DNA of 64,000 bases from positions 186,001 to 250,000 of the forward strand of contig JAPETS010000015.1 of assembly GCA_026023565.1 (NCBI GenBank). The letters are read 5' to 3'. The notes under the pieces are model-generated. The model made no database searches. It had not been told where the DNA came from and saw nothing but the letters and a program-made list of their open reading frames with translations. Of this stretch, positions 1 through 11,921 are shown piece by piece; the first letter of the stretch is position 1; every line of letters starts with the position of its first letter. This DNA comes from Cirrosporium novae-zelandiae. Taxonomy: Eukaryota. The position numbers and the translations under genes are program-made.

Positions 1-3000
1 CTGTGATCAGATAGATCCCCACAAACATCTTGAACATATTTGAGCTTAAATAATAATTTATTGACGAAGATGACTGCGGATCAGTTTCAGAGAAATCGAA
101 GCTCAGATGACCATCTTCTTTCTTGGTCATGGTACAGGCAACCTTCCATGGGCCAACACCTCGACCGTCATCGTCAATCCAGTCCTCAAAGTATACAGGA
201 TTCTCAGGAATGACTGTGTTGATCAATGAACTAATGGCTTTCTTATTGCGGTCGAGAAGTTCATTGATAGCGTCGAAGTAAACTTTATCACCAAAACGCG
301 TGTACAATTCGATCATACGCTTCGCTGCTAATTTGCAAGAAGCTACAAGAGCAGCAGTATCGGCGCGAACCCAATCAGGAAGACGAGAATTTCGAAACAG
401 TACTTCAAGAAGGGCATTGTTCCACACTCCTTTCGATGCAAGTTTAGTGACGGGGATCTGAATACCTTCTTCAAAGATGCTGATTCCAGCAGTCGGGAGG
501 GAACCTGGAACAGACCCACCGTTATCTGTCATATGTCCAAAGTTAGAAGTCCAAGCGATTAGCTTTTCATTCACATATACAGGCATCAAGACCAGCCAGT
601 CATTCAGATGAGAAATAGCCCCGCCGACACTATAAGGGTCGTTGGTTATGAAAATATCATCTGGCTCTATGGTCCCCTTCCAGTTGTCCAAAAATTGTCC
701 AATAAAACTACCAAATTGACCCGCCAACATTTTCCCACTTGGCTCTGCTATGACATTGAATTCATCCACTTGTTCTCTAATTGCTGGACTCATAGTTGCA
801 GAAGTCATAAGAGTATCCATTTCATTCCTAGCATTGCGTAATGCGTTTTCGAACACGTCCACAGTACCTGCGTTTAGTTCGTTTCCGGCTTTATCGACGT
901 CGAATTGGGCAGCATTTTCCTTCTCCCAAATCAAAAGGTTGCCCACAGCATCGACCTCCGCTTTATAGCCTGGTAGGATGACTGTATTGCTGTCCATTTC
1001 AGTGACAACACACGGCCCTTCGACCAAATGGCCATACTTCAACGACAGTCTATTATAGATCGGCGAATCAAACTCCTGTGCTGCATACACTAGAGTTGTT
1101 CGCCCGGTGATTGCAGATTCCGGAACGACTGGACTTGTGGCAACCTCGAGTTTCTTGATAGTCAAATCTGGTTTTACCTCTTCGGCTACTATTCGTAGAT
1201 TCATAATCTCCACATCTGAAGATAAGCTATAGGTAAAGAGTCTCTTGTGTTCGTCCTCAAATAATTTCTGGATATACCGGAGACCCTTCGCTTTAAACTC
1301 AGAGGCATCAATGTTAACAGAAACGATAATCGCTTGTCCCAAGTATCGAAGGTCAGCCTGGTATTTGTATACCTGCTTTTCAGTAGGAACGTTTTGCTCT
1401 ACGCGCATGATGTCTCCGACCTGCTCCTTTAAGCTGTCAAACGCGCTGGCGATCTCCTCCTTTGACGTTTCGCCAATTACACGGATATAGGTCATTGAGG
1501 ACTCATGGCGAAGAAGGGTTGTTGCATCTCCCCAGGCACACAAGACACCAGGAGATGGCGGAATTATGACTGGCCAAGCCTGTAAAAGCTTTCCAAGGGA
1601 GTTTGCATGTAAAGGCCCTGCCCCACCAAACGCAACAAGAGAGAAATCTCGGGGATCATATCCTTGCTCGACAGAAACCAGTCTCAATGCACCGTACATA
1701 GTTTCATTGGCAATCTGTAGAATGCTCTCTGCAGCCTCATATAAACCAATTCCTAGACTATCTGCCACTTTCTGAACACTTTTCCTGGCGGCATTAATAT
1801 CCAATTTGAAAGTGCCACCAAGCAAATATTTTGGAAGATAACCAAGGACAACATTAGCATCGGTGACAGTTGCCTCAGCACCTTCACCATAACAAGCAGG
1901 GCCAGGGACGGCTCCAGCACTTTCAGGTCCGACTCTAAGGGCTTTGGTAATGTCTGGAACACGTGCAATAGACCCCCCTCCGGCTCCAACTGTCCGTACA
2001 TCAATAGACGGTGCTTTGACAACCAAATCCCCTATATGCGTTTCTCTGCGAATTCTAGGTACACTATTTTCGATTAAAGCGACATCTGTAGAGGTGCCCC
2101 CCATGTCTATTGTGACAAGGTTCTTGAATTTTGTTTGGTCAGCAACGGCTGATACAACACCGGTAACACCCCCGGCCGGTCCACTCAATGCGAGTGTCAC
2201 AGGAAAGCGGCTGGCTAATGAAGGTGACGAGAGGCCTCCATCAGATCTAAGAATTCTCAGAGTTTTGGCTTTCCCTTCCAATGATTTTATAAGGTTTCGT
2301 AGATAAAGGCTGACTTTTGGTTCCACGTAGGCATTCGCAACTGATGTGATTGTGCGTTCGTACTCCATCATTTCTGGAAGAACTTCCGAGGACAATGAAA
2401 TGGAAGTATTTGGGAAAAGCTTTCGTAGGATTACCGAGACCTGTTGCTCATGACTTGAGTTTGCGAACGAATTCAAAAGGCTGACGGTAATAGCTTCCGG
2501 CTTCGCTGATATAATAGCCTCGAGCCTCTTAGTGAAGACATCTGCATCAAATGGTCGGACCTCTACCCCATCACTTCCAATTCGACCAGGTGCTTCCACT
2601 GTAAGGGCTAGGTCGGCAAGCGGTTCTGGCTTCTTCCATATGATCCATGATGCCAGCCCTTTGTGAGTATCAGTATCAATTGCCTCCAACTAGTTCTTCG
2701 ATGAAGGGCTTACCTCCAGGGACTTGAGAACGTCGGGTTTGTAGTACATCTCTGAATATTGTTAATACAGACTCTCAACAGGTAGCGTTCGTAGGCCCCC
2801 TACTTGTGACCTTCGGTAGTAATCAAAGCAACTTTAGCTCCCTTTCCCTCTAACAGAGCATTCGTAGAAACAGTAGTTCCATGGTTTACGATATCCAGTG
2901 AGATATCGGACCCGCTAGGAATCTTGTCCAGAATTTCATTGATGCCGTTGAGGACGCCTACTGATTGATCCTGAGGTGTCGAGGGTGTTTTGGATCTCCA

Positions 3001-3087
3001 TGTCTGACCTGTTGTTTCATCAAGTAAAAGAGTATCTGTAAAAGTTCCACCTACATCCACACCAAGTCGGTATGAGGAGAGAGTCAT
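1..3087 (-). CDS. Hydantoinase/5-oxoprolinase family protein, fused A+B type (3' end beyond left edge of window)
   Basis: Exons 3087-2804, 2751-2714, 2658-<1; introns 2752-2803 and 2659-2713 have GTAGGG/GTAAGC donors. Motifs GVDVGGTFTD, HGTTVSTNALLEGKG, SGPAGGV, DMGGTSTD, GAGGGS, FGGAGPLH (A part) and NDPYSVGGAISHLNDW, GHMTDNGGSVPGS (B part). Confidence 0.92.
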
Positions 3088-3624
3088 GGTAGCTTGCTAC
3101 ACAGAGACTGCAGGTACCAAGCATGTTTATCGATAGATATATATACCCCATGTAATGGATCTCCGTCGGGAGAGATAGGCAAACGGGCCACTGAGAGTGA
3201 AGCCATAACAATTGGTCAGCTATCAGGTCTCACAGACTGCAGGTTCACTGATTAGTGTAACGTTCATCCACAACCAGGGTTCTGTATAAGCCTAGGCTAT
3301 GGTATTTAGGCCTCCGAGAGACCAATTCACGTTGCCTTGGGGCCCTTCAATATTTCAAATATTATTTCTATCCAGTAAGTTCGGAAGTAAGACCGTCGGC
3401 CCCGTTATAGCGAAGTATACAACATTGGTGCAACACAAACACTGATCTACCGATAACAAAATGAAGTTGGAAGGCGAGCCGAAAATGATCGGAGGATGAA
3501 CCCGATCAGTCCGAGATTGTCATAGCTCCCCAGGATTCATGTCTTCAATTATTATGTACTATTTAGACCATGCTTCGATTGAAATATTCAACCAGGCTAT
3601 TCAAATTTCTTTATTATATCAAAA

Positions 3625-5576
3625 TTACATACTTGTCCAATCAAAAGCTTCACTCCAAGCATAAGCAGCCTTATACACGGTCTCCTCCCCATACCACTTG
3701 CCTACCACTTGCATGCTTACAGGTAACTTTGTTCCACTCCCTTTCAACGGGCCTTCTATAATTTCTAGCTTGCCAATCGGCATCGCGAGCACCGGATGCC
3801 CGCTTTGATTGAATGGTGCAGTGTTGCTTGTTAGACCTACTTGCTTCGCAATGTGCTGAAGAGGAGTTGCATCTGGAGATGGGTGGCTATTGGCAATATA
3901 AGGGAGATTTGGAAGAACTAGGACATCATATTTGGAGAGGGCAGCGTCATAGGCCTTACGAAGGGCCAATGAAAGATTTGCAGCCTTGCCGAGGAGAGTT
4001 GGGAAATGTTTCCAAGCATAAGCGCCATTGAGAAAGGTATTTTTCACGCTAAAGTCATGATTAGAGAACCATTTTTGGTTGGTACAAAGCTGACCATAAA
4101 AAAGGGCAACGAACCTTGGATATGCATTATCCCATTTTTCTTGAGTAAGCGGGATAGTTTTCGATAGGAAATCATTCATAAAATAACCTCTTCGCCCACC
4201 AGTAGCTCCCGTCTTTGATAGGAATCCACTATACTTGGAGATACCTGTCCAGATAATAGCTCCCTCGCTATGCAAAGGAACAGAAACATAATCGACTTCT
4301 GCGCCCAGTTCTTTGAATTTCTCTGCTGATGTTAGGAAACAGGCCTTTATCCTTGGATCAAGGGAGGGCATTTTTATTGACTCCCCTAAAATTCCAATGC
4401 GCATTCCCGAGAGGTCTTTGGGGTTTGGGATTGCGTTTAGAAGGTCATAGTATTTTGGGATACCCTCTGGTGTGGGACTGCCGAACGACCGATCATCAAT
4501 TCCATCTGTTCCTGCAATCGCTTGGAGGAGGAGGGCATTATCAAGCAGAGTTTTAGTCATTGGGCCTACATGATCGTTTGTAGCCTCGTTCGAAGCAATT
4601 CCTGTGAATGGAACCAACCCGAAGGTAGGCTTCAATCCAAATATGCCACACCACCCCGCTGGAACTCTTATACTTCCTCCTTGATCGGCCCCAATTGCGC
4701 CATCCACATCCCCTAATGCAACAAGCACGGCTGATCCAGAAGAACTCCCCCCACTGCTATACCCCTTGGCATAAGGATTGTGGACTGGACCAGTTGCCGC
4801 TGAGAAGCTAGTGGCTGAATGACACCTGCAAAATGTTATTAGGGACAAGGCATTTCGCGGAAGTATACTTTTGTCGTGTTCATATGAACCAAACCGTGTT
4901 GCTAAATTAACCGCTTCTTTAATCTACGGGAGGTATCTTCATTATCATATACCCACTAGAAGACGTCCCGGGTTAGAATGCAAAAGCAATTAATTTAACA
5001 ACACGATTCAGTTGAAAGAAACAAGAAAAATTATAGGCCCAACCTACATGTTCTCACACGTTGCCCGACCAGTGATGATACCACCGGCTTCTAAAATTCG
5101 AGTCACGATTACGGCATCAACATTGGGAGTATAATCTTTAAAGAAATCTGTCCCAAACATCATAGGTACACCTTTCACCCCAATACAATCCTTGAGAGCG
5201 AAAGTTTTGCCTTCCAATATTCCTTTACCGTCTGAATTTTTGTCCTTCAGAGTGAACCGCCACGCCCAAGCGTTATATGGGTTGTCCTTAGTTTCTGGAT
5301 AGTAAATATTCTCTCGAGGAAATCTCTCCTCATCTACCTCGGGGACGTAGTCTGTATATTGACGGGCCAGCATCAGTGTGCGTGGTTTAATTTAAGGTAG
5401 TTCTCACCATTCATAGCTAGCAACTTCTCTGTTGAGGCGTGATAAACAGCTAGCAGATTTAAATAATCTCCTTTTTCTTCCTCTTTCAGGGTGACTCCCA
5501 AGAAAGCACAGGCCTCGTCTACATCTTGAACTCTGACCGGATTACCAGCAAGAATATCGAGCGAGAAAACTGACAT
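3625..5576 (-). CDS. Amidase-signature family enzyme
   Basis: Exons 5576-5408, 5351-5048, 4825-4115, 4048-3625. Catalytic Lys motif ALKDCIGVKG, GGSSSGS and GADQGGSIRVPA signature motifs. Confidence 0.93.
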
Positions 5577-6171
5577 GGTGGACGGTAGACAGGGATTAAG
5601 GGTGACCTGGTCAAAGGAGTATTGAAAATGTACGGAATGGAAGTGGCGTCAAAGGTCAAGTAACATAGTTATTCCAAAAGTACAGACCATGCTTTTGATG
5701 ACTGAGCAATCCTCTATCATAAGTCTGACAGCCATATTATCTGGTGATGCGGAGCTATTTTTGGTTGAAGATAGCAGGTTTAGATAGATGTAGCTTGTAT
5801 CTATCCAGTTCTTATCGGGAAAGGAGACCGGGTAGCTATTTGCCGGACTTGTCTTTGTTGATAATCTCCACCTCAACTCCAATGATATCAGATCCATCAA
5901 AATTAATCCTGACTATCTTACATCAGCCGGCTTTGAGTGCAATTGCCCCTCATCGGAGATCCGAATCCCGCATTTCATTCTTGGAATATGCTATCTGTGC
6001 TTATGGATAGCATGTATTTCGAGCTGTTGCACTTTCGTATATTGGTGGTCCTGAGCTGGGCAGATAAATAGATACTATCATGTCATACAGCACAGATGAA
6101 GTAAATTCTTGAGCATACACAAATATCATCACGGCATTTTCTACGAATCCAATCGCTTGATAATTCACGCA
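5577..6171. promoter_or_regulatory. Divergent amidase/deacetylase promoter rich in HGATAR (AreA/Nit2-type) sites, with CGG triplets
   Basis: 11 HGATAR matches counted by eye on both strands (approx. 5714, 5737, 5769, 5782, 5812, 5859, 5913, 5991, 6062, 6075, 6158); CGG..CCG pairs at ~5816 and ~5954. Confidence 0.6.
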
Positions 6172-7457
6172 ATGGTTCACGTTTATCCAGAGTACGATCT
6201 TCCTCGCGACCTTGAAGGTATATTTGCACCAAAAAAACGGTTGCATGAAATTTTAGGGAGGGACAATTAATGTATGCGAATAGGTTTTGGAGAGAGCTCC
6301 TTCGATCCAAAATGGCCTAATGAAGCGAGAATTGCAATATCCTTCATCTTGAATTACGAGTATTGTTCCCCTGTTCCTCATTTGGCTTTGCAAAACAATC
6401 GCCAATTGATAATTGCCTTCTAGAGAGGGTGGAGAGCGCTCGGTACTCTATGGAGACAAACATTCTGAACCATATTTATGGGAAAAGGGTGTCAGCGCGA
6501 TCTACAAAGAAGGCGCTCGCTTTGTTAATGCCGAATCCGAGTACGAATACGGTAGCCGTGTAGGTTGCTGGCGTGTACTGAGGCTGTTTAAAGAATTTGG
6601 CTGGAATTTTACGACATATGCAATCGCCGTTGCAATGGAAAAGAATCCAACATTTGCTAAGGCCTGTGTTCGAGAAGGACACGAAATAGCCGCGCATGGC
6701 TATAGGTGGTTGGAGATCTGGGATTATGACAAGGATGCGGATAAGAAATATATCATCAAGACATTAAAAACGTTGAAGGATGTCACAGGGGAGATGCCAG
6801 TTGGATGTTACTGGGGTCGTGGTACTCCAAACACCAAAGCCTTGTTTCCAGAGGCCTGGAGAGAAGCAGGAGCAGAGATGCTTTATTGCTCTGAGGCATA
6901 CAATGACGATGTTCCATATTGGATAGACCTCCCAGCTGAGAAGGATCTTCCTGACTCGGAGAAGAAAGGCAAGCCTGAATCTGTTGCTACTAATTTTTAT
7001 AGAGGAAGCGAGAATGGATTTGCTCACAATACCTAGGGATGCTTATTGTACCATACAATTATGACTGCAATGGTTAGTTTTCCGATATCCGCACATCAAG
7101 AGCCTATAAGAAGAACTCACAGTTGGTTCTAGATGGAAAGTTTTATATGAACCCCGGGTTTGTGGGATCCGACATGTACGAGAAGTATTTGAAGGCCACC
7201 TTCGACATGTTATACCGAGAAGGGGGTAAAATGATGAATATTCCTCTCCACTCGAGGATTGGTATGCCAGCGATGCTTGATAATTTTCAAGGGTAGTGCT
7301 AACCATTGATATAGTGGGTAAACCAGGGAGATCAGAAGCATTGAGAAATTTTATGAAATACATTGCAGACAAGCCAGGCGTCTGGGTGACAACAAGGAAG
7401 GAGATTGCAACTCATTTCAAGACAAAATTTCCCTATCGGCCTGGCCGTTCCAAATAG
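6172..7457 (+). CDS. Polysaccharide deacetylase family, PuuE/allantoinase-like subgroup
   Basis: Exons 6172-6217, 6284-6359, 6424-6968, 7037-7072, 7133-7261, 7315-7457 give MVHVYPEYDLPRDLEGFG..WPNEARIAISFILNYEEGGE..YEYGSRVG.WR..HEIAAHGYRW..DDVPYW..PYNYDCND..LHSRIVGKPGR. Intron 3 is GC-AG. Confidence 0.9.
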
Positions 7458-7796
7458 AACTCAAAATCTTAAAGTTGATATGAGCCAATGATTATGTTAG
7501 ATATCTTGTCTTGTAATAGTAAAGCTATCAAAAGGATTGGAAGTGGTCGGTGTGGTCGGTCACGTCGGTCAAACCCTAGCGCTGCTTATCTTAACCTAAC
7601 CTTACTGTTTCTTATCGTAACCACCTCAACTTATCGTTGCGCTCAGTACAACTACCTAGGTACATACAAGAGGTGACAACAGCTCACTAGCCGATCTTCG
7701 GACCTAGAGCTCCTCATTCTTACACTCAAAGATGCATTACCCCCCCCTCCCCAAGAGAGCTTAGTAAAATGGAGGACCTACGAAATATTAAAAACA

Positions 7797-9847
7797 ATGG
7801 ATGTTGGTGTGGACAACTCACCACGACCCAGCAAGCGTGCAAGAAAGCAATTCGCCTGTCAAAGGTGCCGGTTTAGGAAGCAGGGCTGCGATAATGGATA
7901 TCCTTGCTGTAGTAACTGCCAAAAGGCAGGGGCCGAGTGTATTCGGCCTCCTACGAGCATTCACTCGCCTGAAATGTACTGCGAGCTCATAATATTCTTT
8001 TGCTTTCACAGGATCAGCTAAACAGAGCAGATCAAACGAAGGACTACGAGAACGTGTAGCTCATCTCGAGGCTCGACTGGAGTCAATTGAGCGCGCCCCT
8101 CCCACCGCATATGACCGTCATAGCCCCTATCAAATATCTCCTGCAAGTGGTTTGCCTCGGGATAATGACATTGCAGAAGTCGTCGGCTTTCTTAGTCTCG
8201 GAGCGGACGAGCCGACGTATATTGGGCCCTCTTCAGGGTTTCCTCTAGCTGCGAATCTCTCTGAAATCGTCCAGGCAACTGTTTGGAACAAGGTTCTCTC
8301 TGGTGCCGTTTCAGATCGCGCGGGAACAATGAGCATGGCGGAGCTCAAAAATAATGCCGCTGATCCCCCTAATGATGAAATGGGAGACCGTATTTTGCGT
8401 GCCTACTTGACGAAGTGAGTTGCTATTTTATTCCCTGTTTGAGTGTAGATAATGCTAATAGTTTGCTGGAGGCTCCATCCTCGCTATCCATTCCTTAGCC
8501 GAAATGACCTTATTCTGATCCATAAAAATCGTTTCCAGAAAGTTGATATTAATCTCGAAGAACAGTTTGACTTGTTCAAGTTGTACATGGTCTATGCCAT
8601 CGGAAGTACAATGCTAAAATTGACAGAGCTGTATGATTATACGCCACCAGAGAAGTTTTTTATGACGGCCCTTCAATATATCTCAGCGGCTAGAGAATCA
8701 CATTCTATAAATAATGTCATAGCCATGACTTTACTTGTGATATATCACCTCCGGTCACCTTCTCATTCTGGTATATGGTACATGATTGGTCTTGCTATGC
8801 GAACATGTGTTGATCTAGGTTTGCACAGAGAAGCACACTATGCTCGATTGGAACCATTTCAAGCAGAATTAAAGAGACGGCTTTTTTGGAGCCTCTACTG
8901 CTTAGAGAACGTCATCGCGATTGCACTTGGGAGACCTTGTTCCATTGCTGACCGAGATATTGACGCTAACCTCCCTACTGATATTGATGATGATGTGGAG
9001 GATCCAATAGCCATTTGCAACTCGATAGATCAGCCACAGAGAGATCATACATCGACATTATCGCATGGAATACATTTAATCAAGTTGAAGCGGATTGAAT
9101 CTGAAATTCAATATAAGATATATAGGGTTGACCGGCGTCTTGCTGACCTTATCCCAAAAATCTCCCCCATATTGCAACTATTAGAGGATTGGAAGGCAAA
9201 TGCACCTACATCTTCGGCCTCCGAATTAACATACATGATGCTACTTTACCACAAAGCAATCCGACTTCTTCTCCAGCCTTTTATTAACATATTACCGCCC
9301 GAGGATCCTAGAGTCGCGCTATGTCTCGATGCTTCAGGACAAATTTGCCAAACTTTTAAACGATTGCATTCTATAGAACCGTATGGCCATTCTTTTGTCG
9401 CCATCCACACAGTGTTTGTGGCCGGTGTAACAATTTGGTAAGCCTGGGCTCTCATTCAATTATTGTACTCCCCTCTAACCAAACCCTAGCTATTGCCTCT
9501 ATCGTAATCGCAATCTCTGGTCCTTCTCCACTGCCAATAATCTCCGTGCCTGCTCCGCAGTTCTTTATGTGATTGCCGAGCGCGCGCCATCGAATCGGAA
9601 ATATCGTGACATATTTGAAGAATTAGTTGATGCCACGACGGAAAACCTAGGAATGCAGGACCTGAGCGAAGGCATCAGCAGCGCATTTGGCAAGCTGAAA
9701 TCTGGAGCTTTCAAGCAGTTTTCCGATGGTGATGTGCAGGCCATTAAAATGTTAGACCAGATGGTAAATTGCCAAACCTTCGTAGGCGGAGATAGTTCGA
9801 GACAAGAAGGTGATGGTATTGATATCAAGGGGCCGGAGGTCACGTAG
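7797..9847 (+). CDS. Zn2Cys6 transcription factor with fungal TF middle homology region (UaY/Ppr1-like architecture)
   Basis: ACQRCRFRKQGCDNGYPCCSNCQKAGAEC cluster; YIGPSSG; MRTCVDLGLHRE..RRLFWSLYCLE..LGRP. Exons 7797-7975, 8031-8414, 8472-9437, 9490-9847. The 3' end is uncertain (possible extra intron from 9844). Confidence 0.9.
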
Positions 9848-10267
9848 GTGCTTATGGCCGTGAAATATTTTTCGTATTTTCAGGATTTCTAGACAGGCTA
9901 GACAGGGCAAGACAATCTATGGCCATATGAAAAATCGAAACGTTAAGAGGTCTCAAACTATGAAGGTATGCGAAGAGGGTGGACTGGGATCAATGCTCTA
10001 CTCGTCACTGGATATACAACACCTTTTTTTTTCTTCTAATTATATTTAGGACAGGATAATCTTCAATACTTACGCTTTCCATACCCAATTACTATATTCA
10101 TTACCCAAATGATATTGATAAGAGGTATTTGCCCATCATTGACTCATCTAAATAGATTTCCCATAACCTATTTTCCCTCTATACCCTCTTAAAATTCCTT
10201 TTTTGTTTTTGATATTCTAGATATCTCTTGCAATTCCTTAACATTGACTCCATTGGGAGGTTTTTCC

Positions 10268-11557
10268 TTACGTCGACTGCTCAAGGTCTTGCGTAACATT
10301 GATAAAGCCTTGCAGCGACTTGAGAGCCTCTCCACTCTCAATAGCCCACCTCGCCCTTCTTAGCCCTTCCTTCCACCTCAGACCACCCGGTCCCACATCC
10401 TTGATAACTTTCCCATCATCCCCTGGCCCCATATTACTCGTATCCGCATCACAAATCCCCGAGATGACGAACAAAGCCGCCGCATTCATCTGCACAAAAT
10501 GCTGAATCGGATCATCCCGATCCCTCCTATTCGCGAGCAGATCCATAAGTATCTTCGCGTTCTCATTGGGGAGTCTACCGGGACAAACAGAAGTGAGCGC
10601 ATGAATTGGGAGCCCAAAATCATTTGGAGAAATCTTGAATTGTTCGATGCCAACTATGCCGTTGCGCTCGACGACACGCCAGCAGTTTGTTGGGCCGGCG
10701 CAGCTGATCTCATCAAGCTCTTCCTCGCCGCACACGACGAGGGCTTTTTTGGCACCGGCCAGACGCAGCGCTTCTGCGAAAATGGGGCCCAGGCCTGTTT
10801 GCGCAACGCCCACGACCCGTGCTTCCAGGACGTCTTCAATTGGATTTGCCAGGGGGCCTAGGAGGTTGAATATAGTTCTCACGCCGAGTTCTCTGCGCAT
10901 CGGTGCCGCATACTTCATGCCCGGGTGGAAGTTGGGGGCGAAGAGGAAGGCGTAGTTGGTTTTGCGGTAGACCTGGGGGAGGTTTGAGGCAAAGACATTG
11001 TGGATTTTGGGAGGGCTGGGAGCGATGGCTTCGAGGACGTCTGCGGAGCCTGATTTGGAGGTCTGGGCTCGGTTGCCGTGTTTGCTAAGGATAAGGAGGG
11101 AGGATGTGATTATGGAGGCGGTGGTAGAGATGTTGAAGGTGGAGTGGTTGTCGCCGCCTGTCCCGACGATGTCGCACTGTATATTATTAGCATCAGCAGG
11201 GGACCAATGTCATCTCCCTGAGACACTTACGAATCCACCTTGGTAGGATCCTTCTGGTCTACCCCTCTCTTTCGCAATTGCTCTCAGCGCATCTCTGTCG
11301 GTTTGCAGGGCAGCTAGGCGCATTTGCTCAGCACATCTGACTATGACCTCTGGGTCCCAATCCCGCTCGCTCATATGTAGCAGGACCAAAAATGAGGCGA
11401 CTTGTACCGGTGATAATTGGTCCTTGAAGATGAGGGCAAAGGCCGCTGCGATCTGGTCGGCCGTTGCCCTCCCCTCTGTCCTGAAGTAGGCGAGCTGTTT
11501 AAGAAGAGGGGTAATTGGAATCTTTTCACTGGCGGCGGTATCTGAGTTGGAGGCCAT
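10268..11557 (-). CDS. TRP4: Anthranilate phosphoribosyltransferase
   Basis: Exons 11557-11231 and 11176-10268; CDIVGTGGDNHSTFNISTTAS, KHGNRA..S.SGSADVLE, FLFAPNFHPGMK, RTIFNLLGPLANP, LDEIS. Confidence 0.96.
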
Positions 11558-11921
11558 TTTCAAGAAATTCCTCCAATTAGTAATCTTTTATCCAGAAATA
11601 AAGTCGCATAGAGATCTATATGGCTTGCGTTTTATTGTCTTCTTTTGACTTGACCTTGACTCATTATTGTTCCAATTCGTCGTAGTGGTTGTTCAGGAAA
11701 TATTGGCTGGCAGAATTTCTCACCGCTTTCGGACTGTGAAGCATCTCCGGCTTCGTCGAGCTCATTTTATATCTTAAGCCACGAGGAGAGTGTGCGGAGT
11801 GAGAAGGAAATAATTTAAAATTTGAAATTCTCCACTCTCTTTCTTCAATTGATACATCGTGGTATATATATTTTCTTTCGAAGCATATCAGCTTAAGTTA
11901 ACAATTCCTACAGCTATCAAA

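Noticed and set aside
608..2306. Plus-strand ORFs in the track (also the antisense ORFs over TRP4, TRL1, GPI16 and LUC7)
   Set aside because: Shadow ORFs opposite confidently identified genes.
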